Shown piece by piece: positions 60,424 to 64,000 of a stretch of DNA of 64,000 nucleotides. The notes below the pieces were generated by a model, which did no database searches, was not told the origin of the DNA, and saw only the letters and a program-made list of their open reading frames with translations. How positions within the stretch are numbered: position 1 is the stretch's first letter; each line of letters begins with the position of its first letter. The translations under genes were made by a program, and so were the position numbers. The stretch spans positions 642,397 to 706,396 of the forward strand of contig JBMNFJ010000016.1 in assembly GCA_050949255.1 (NCBI GenBank), given 5' to 3'. Source of the DNA: Caldicoprobacterales bacterium (GTDB lineage: Bacteria > Bacillota > Clostridia > Caldicoprobacterales > UBA3941).

Positions 60424-62361
60424 ATGTCACGTATGTTTCCTAATCTTTTCTCAGAAGGTAGTATAGGCAAGCTGAAGATTAAAAATCGTATTTTGAAAGC
60501 ACCCCAATCCACTGGAATGAGTAATATGGACGGCACTGTTAGCGATCGATTGATCAGGTATTATACTGAACAGGCAAGGGGCGGGGTAGGACTTGTTGTG
60601 GTGGAATATGCTTATGTTGACGACATAGCCAGCAAATCTGCCCATTGTCACCTTGGGATCTCCAATAATGAACACATACCAGGCCTTGCCTGGCTTGCAG
60701 AAACCATCATGGACAATGGTGCAAGGGCCGGAATTCAGATTGAACATTGCGGAAGACAAAAGTTTTTAGGTACACCTCCGATTGTCGCGCCCTCAGCTAT
60801 GCCTTGGCCGGCTCTATATGATAGGGTCGGATTGGATGCAGTACCACATGAACTAAGCATATCTGAAATCCAGGATATAGTAGAAGCCTTTGGGGACGCG
60901 GCACAGCGGGCTGTATCCGCGGGTTTTGAATTGGTTGAGATCCATGGAGCCCATGGATATTTACTAACGAATTTCTTTTCACCTCATACCAACAAACGCA
61001 CCGACTGGTATGGGGGCTCCCTGGAAAATCGTATGCGCATATACATAGAGATCGTCAGAAATATCCGTAAGAAAATTGGGCCTGATTTTCCATTAACGAT
61101 ACGCCTTAGCGGTACTGACTATGAACCGGACGGTTTTCCCATTGAAGATACCATAGTCCTATCAAAGGTGCTGAAGGATGAAGGTATTGATGCCATTCAC
61201 GTATCCGGCGGAGATCACCATACGATGATCCATCAGGTAAGCCCCATGTCCATGTCAATTTGTCACAATACTTGGGCAGCTGAGGTAATTAAGAAAGAAG
61301 TAGACATTCCTATCATAGCCTCCGGTTCCATAACACTACCCGAATATGCTGAAGAGATTATATCAACAGGCAAGGCCGATTTTGTAGGCTTAGGGAGGCC
61401 GTTATGGGCGGATCCCTATTGGCCACAAAAAGCAATGGAAGACAGACCTGAGGATATTCGTCCTTGCATCAGATGCAATGAAGGATGCCTGGAAAGGAGC
61501 TTTTTCCGATTCAAAGCGGTTACTTGTGCCGTAAATCCGAAAATTTCCAGGGAGGGACAGCTGGAGATAACCCCCGCTGAAAAAGTCAAAAAGATAGCTG
61601 TTGTAGGTGGTGGACCGGCTGGTATGGAATTTGCCAGGGTGGCCAAGCTGCGTGGTCATGAGGTTACATTATATGAAAAGGATAGGCTGGGTGGAGCCCT
61701 TAACGAAGCTGCTGTACCGGAATTTAAGGCAGATATAAGGCCCCTCACCAAAAGCCTCATAACCCAGGTGGAAAAGCTAGGGATCCCCGTCATTAATAAA
61801 GAAGCCGATATTGAGGATCTTAAAGACTTTGATGCAGTAGTAGTGGCGGTTGGAGGTGCTGAACTAGAGCTGAATTTACCTGGAGAGGAAATGGACCATG
61901 TCATCTCAGCCCTAGATGTACTGAATAACCATAAAGAAGTAGGGGATAAGATAGTTGTGATAGGGGGAGGATTAGTAGGTACGGAAACAGCTCTTTATTT
62001 GGCTGAAAGCGGTAAGAGTGTTATCTTAGTTGAGATGCAGGATGCAATAATGAAGGATGTAGCTGTAACCGATCAAATTGCCTATGGGGAGAGAATTGCT
62101 CAAACCCAAATGGAGATTCTGGTTGGGCACAAATTGGTAGAGATTAAGGAAAACAGTATAGTTGTGGAGCATGCGGGTGGCTTAAAGGAAATTGAAGCCG
62201 ATACCGTTATCATGGCTGTTGGCTTTAGACCCCAGCCCCAGCTGGAAGAAAAGCTTAAATCTGTTGATGGGTTAGAGGTATATTCAATCGGCGATTGCAT
62301 AAAGCCCGCAAAGATTTTTGATGCTTTCCATGCAGGATATAAATTAGGGTTAAGGATTTAG
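60424..62361 (+). CDS. NADH:flavin oxidoreductase / Fe-S flavoenzyme ene-reductase (OYE barrel, 4Fe-4S, FAD/NAD domains)
   Basis: EIHGAHGYL, NKRTDWYGGS, CIRCNEGC-X12-C, GGGPAG and GGGLVG. Confidence 0.93.
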   Translation: MSRMFPNLFSEGSIGKLKIKNRILKAPQSTGMSNMDGTVSDRLIRYYTEQARGGVGLVVVEYAYVDDIASKSAHCHLGISNNEHIPGLAWLAETIMDNGARAGIQIEHCGRQKFLGTPPIVAPSAMPWPALYDRVGLDAVPHELSISEIQDIVEAFGDAAQRAVSAGFELVEIHGAHGYLLTNFFSPHTNKRTDWYGGSLENRMRIYIEIVRNIRKKIGPDFPLTIRLSGTDYEPDGFPIEDTIVLSKVLKDEGIDAIHVSGGDHHTMIHQVSPMSMSICHNTWAAEVIKKEVDIPIIASGSITLPEYAEEIISTGKADFVGLGRPLWADPYWPQKAMEDRPEDIRPCIRCNEGCLERSFFRFKAVTCAVNPKISREGQLEITPAEKVKKIAVVGGGPAGMEFARVAKLRGHEVTLYEKDRLGGALNEAAVPEFKADIRPLTKSLITQVEKLGIPVINKEADIEDLKDFDAVVVAVGGAELELNLPGEEMDHVISALDVLNNHKEVGDKIVVIGGGLVGTETALYLAESGKSVILVEMQDAIMKDVAVTDQIAYGERIAQTQMEILVGHKLVEIKENSIVVEHAGGLKEIEADTVIMAVGFRPQPQLEEKLKSVDGLEVYSIGDCIKPAKIFDAFHAGYKLGLRI

Positions 62362-62428
62362 GCATGGTTTAAACCGAAAATTAAAATTACTAATATATTG
62401 TAATTTGGAGCCTAGAATTATTACACTT

Positions 62429-62464
62429 GCCGATTAAGGAACAAAATCCTTAATCGGCTTTTTA
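62429..62464 (+). terminator. Terminator after the oxidoreductase gene
   Basis: GCCGATTAAGGA-N6-TCCTTAATCGGC followed by TTTTT. Confidence 0.88.
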
Positions 62465-62620
62465 ATTGGTTTATTTATGTTGCAATAAAGCCTTTTTTGC
62501 CAAAAAGTTAAAAATGTTGTACAATAATTGCTGGTCATAATTTTTTAAACTGTTGATGGATATTTATCGACGGTTCTCGTATTTGTTATGTAGTAAAACA
62601 ACATGAGGGGGCAGTTCTTT

Positions 62621-63328
62621 ATGATTTTATACGTTATTAGACATGGCGATCCAGATTATTCCACGGACACTTTAACTCCAAAAGGGAAATTGCAAGCCCA
62701 AGCCCTGGCTAAAAGACTGGGAGTATATGGTGTCGATGTTGTTTATTCATCCCCTTTGGGAAGGGCAAGAGAAACAGCAAAGGCAACCTGTGATCTGTTG
62801 GGATTGGAATGTAATATAGAACCATGGACCAGCGAATCCGAAGCCTGGGAAAGATTTGCGGGTATAATGCCGGATGGGAGTAAATCATGGGTTTTTAGTC
62901 AGCAGACTACCGTTTTAAAAAATGATGAGACCGTAAATTTGGGTGAATCATGGTATAAGGCCAAAGGCCTGCAAATGATAGATGGTAAAAAGGGATACGA
63001 TGAATTAATTGATGCTTCGGATAAATTTTTATACAAATTAGGCTATGAACGCAAGGGGAGCGTATATAAAATTATTAGGCCGAATAATGATAAGGTAGCC
63101 CTGTTTTGTCACCAAGGTTTCGGCTTGACCTGGATGTCCCATTTGCTACAGATACCGCCCCATCTATTTTGGTCTAGCTTTGATATGTCCCATTCAAGCT
63201 TTTCTGTGTTTGAGTTTAAGAATAATAGTGACGGTCTCACGACTCCTAAATGCTTGTGTTTGTCTGATAATTCACATATCTATAAGGAAGGGTTGCCTCT
63301 AAAATATAATAATATGCTTGAATTTTAG
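62621..63328 (+). CDS. Histidine phosphatase (phosphoglycerate mutase-like) family protein
   Basis: YVIRHGD, LTPKG..QA, SSPLGRARET, FCHQG. Confidence 0.9.
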   Translation: MILYVIRHGDPDYSTDTLTPKGKLQAQALAKRLGVYGVDVVYSSPLGRARETAKATCDLLGLECNIEPWTSESEAWERFAGIMPDGSKSWVFSQQTTVLKNDETVNLGESWYKAKGLQMIDGKKGYDELIDASDKFLYKLGYERKGSVYKIIRPNNDKVALFCHQGFGLTWMSHLLQIPPHLFWSSFDMSHSSFSVFEFKNNSDGLTTPKCLCLSDNSHIYKEGLPLKYNNMLEF

Positions 63329-63610
63329 CCTAAGTTTACTAAAGGCTTTATTATTTGTGTTGTAATTGATTTAGAACTTCTTAAATGTTAAAAAATAAGC
63401 AAAAAATAGCCTTAAGGAATATATAACATCGTAAATCAAGGGAAGTATATTACGTGGGAAATGAAGCCTGCTTGTGTTGGGGTTTCTAGGTCGCTATTTT
63501 GGGGTATATTCAAGGAGAACAATTTTTTGGGTAATAGAAGGATATTGGACATATATGTTGTATATATAATATAGAAAGAAAAAGAATAGGGATGGTTTAA
63601 AGGGGATAAT

Positions 63611-64000
63611 ATGATTATTCGGAAAGAGATGGAAAGGCGGGAACAAGAATATTTATCACCCTATGCAGCTTTAAGTGCCCATTCAAAAGGCCGGCAATAT
63701 CCCCAAGAGAAGTGCAATATCCGCACCGAGTTTCAAAGGGACAGGGATAGAATCCTTCACAGTAAGTCCTTTCGACGTTTAAAACATAAGACTCAGGTGT
63801 TTATTGCTCCAGAAGGTGATCATTACAGGACCCGTCTTACTCATACTTTGGAGGTCTCACAGATTAGCCGGACCATAGCCAGGGCCTTAAAGCTTAACGA
63901 AGACCTTACGGAGGCTATCGCTCTGGGTCATGACCTGGGTCATACACCCTTTGGTCATATGGGCGAGAGGACCTTAAACAAGGTATCAAGAAATGGATTT
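63611..64000 (+). CDS. dgt: dGTP triphosphohydrolase-like protein (3' truncated by window edge; not in ORF track)
   Basis: Hand translation [24 protein letters not shown]...[10 protein letters not shown]...[10 protein letters not shown]. Confidence 0.96.
   Translation, partial: MIIRKEMERREQEYLSPYAALSAHSKGRQYPQEKCNIRTEFQRDRDRILHSKSFRRLKHKTQVFIAPEGDHYRTRLTHTLEVSQISRTIARALKLNEDLTEAIALGHDLGHTPFGHMGERTLNKVSRNGF

Noticed and set aside
813-62300. Many antisense or overlapping ORFs in the track (e.g. 2010-2549, 30249-30836, 50604-51128, 57547-58011, 59522-59956)
   Set aside because: They are shadows of well-supported genes, with no SD or recognisable motifs.
60424-62361. Specific assignment as baiCD/baiH, bilR or daidzein reductase
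   Set aside because: No accompanying pathway genes, the BilR HGDR motif is absent, and similarity cannot be quantified without a search.
1-64000. CRISPR arrays, tRNA/rRNA, IS elements, prophage, T-box
   Set aside because: No spaced repeats, cloverleafs, transposase/integrase or phage proteins, or T-box consensus seen on reading.

Overview
Chromosomal window from a spore-forming, low-GC Clostridia-type Firmicute. About 50 kb is conserved housekeeping gene order on the + strand: ackA-DUF177-rpmF-fapR-plsX-fabHDG-acpP-fabF-rnc-smc-ftsY-ylxM-ffh-rpsP-khpA-rimM-trmD-rplS-lepB-rbgA-rnhB-yraN-holA-(rpsT)-gpr-lepA-hemW-hrcA-grpE-dnaK-dnaJ-prmA-rsmE-mtaB-HIT-rpsU-EEP-nfeD-yqfB-like-yqfC-yqfD-phoH-pgpH-ybeY-dgkA-cdd-era-yqzL-recO-ppdK. 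Recognisable cis-elements include a FapR box, CIRCE, the L19 leader and sigmaA/sigmaH-type promoters. A ~13.6 kb accessory stretch sits between ppdK and dgt: YkvI, VanW-G5, an intact ABC exporter, a decayed cassette (small-protein remnant, Cys-motif lipoprotein fused to an ABC-ATPase tail, frameshifted double permease), a Crp/Fnr regulator divergent from an Fe-S flavin ene-reductase with a well-placed operator, and a histidine phosphatase. I saw no rRNA, tRNA, CRISPR array, integrase or transposase. The most unusual signals are two genes (prmA, dgkA) whose strong Shine-Dalgarno is separated from the likely start codon by a 42-46 nt hairpin, the decayed ABC/lipoprotein cassette, and the Crp-ene-reductase unit. 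All calls come from reading the sequence and recalled family motifs; no searches were run.
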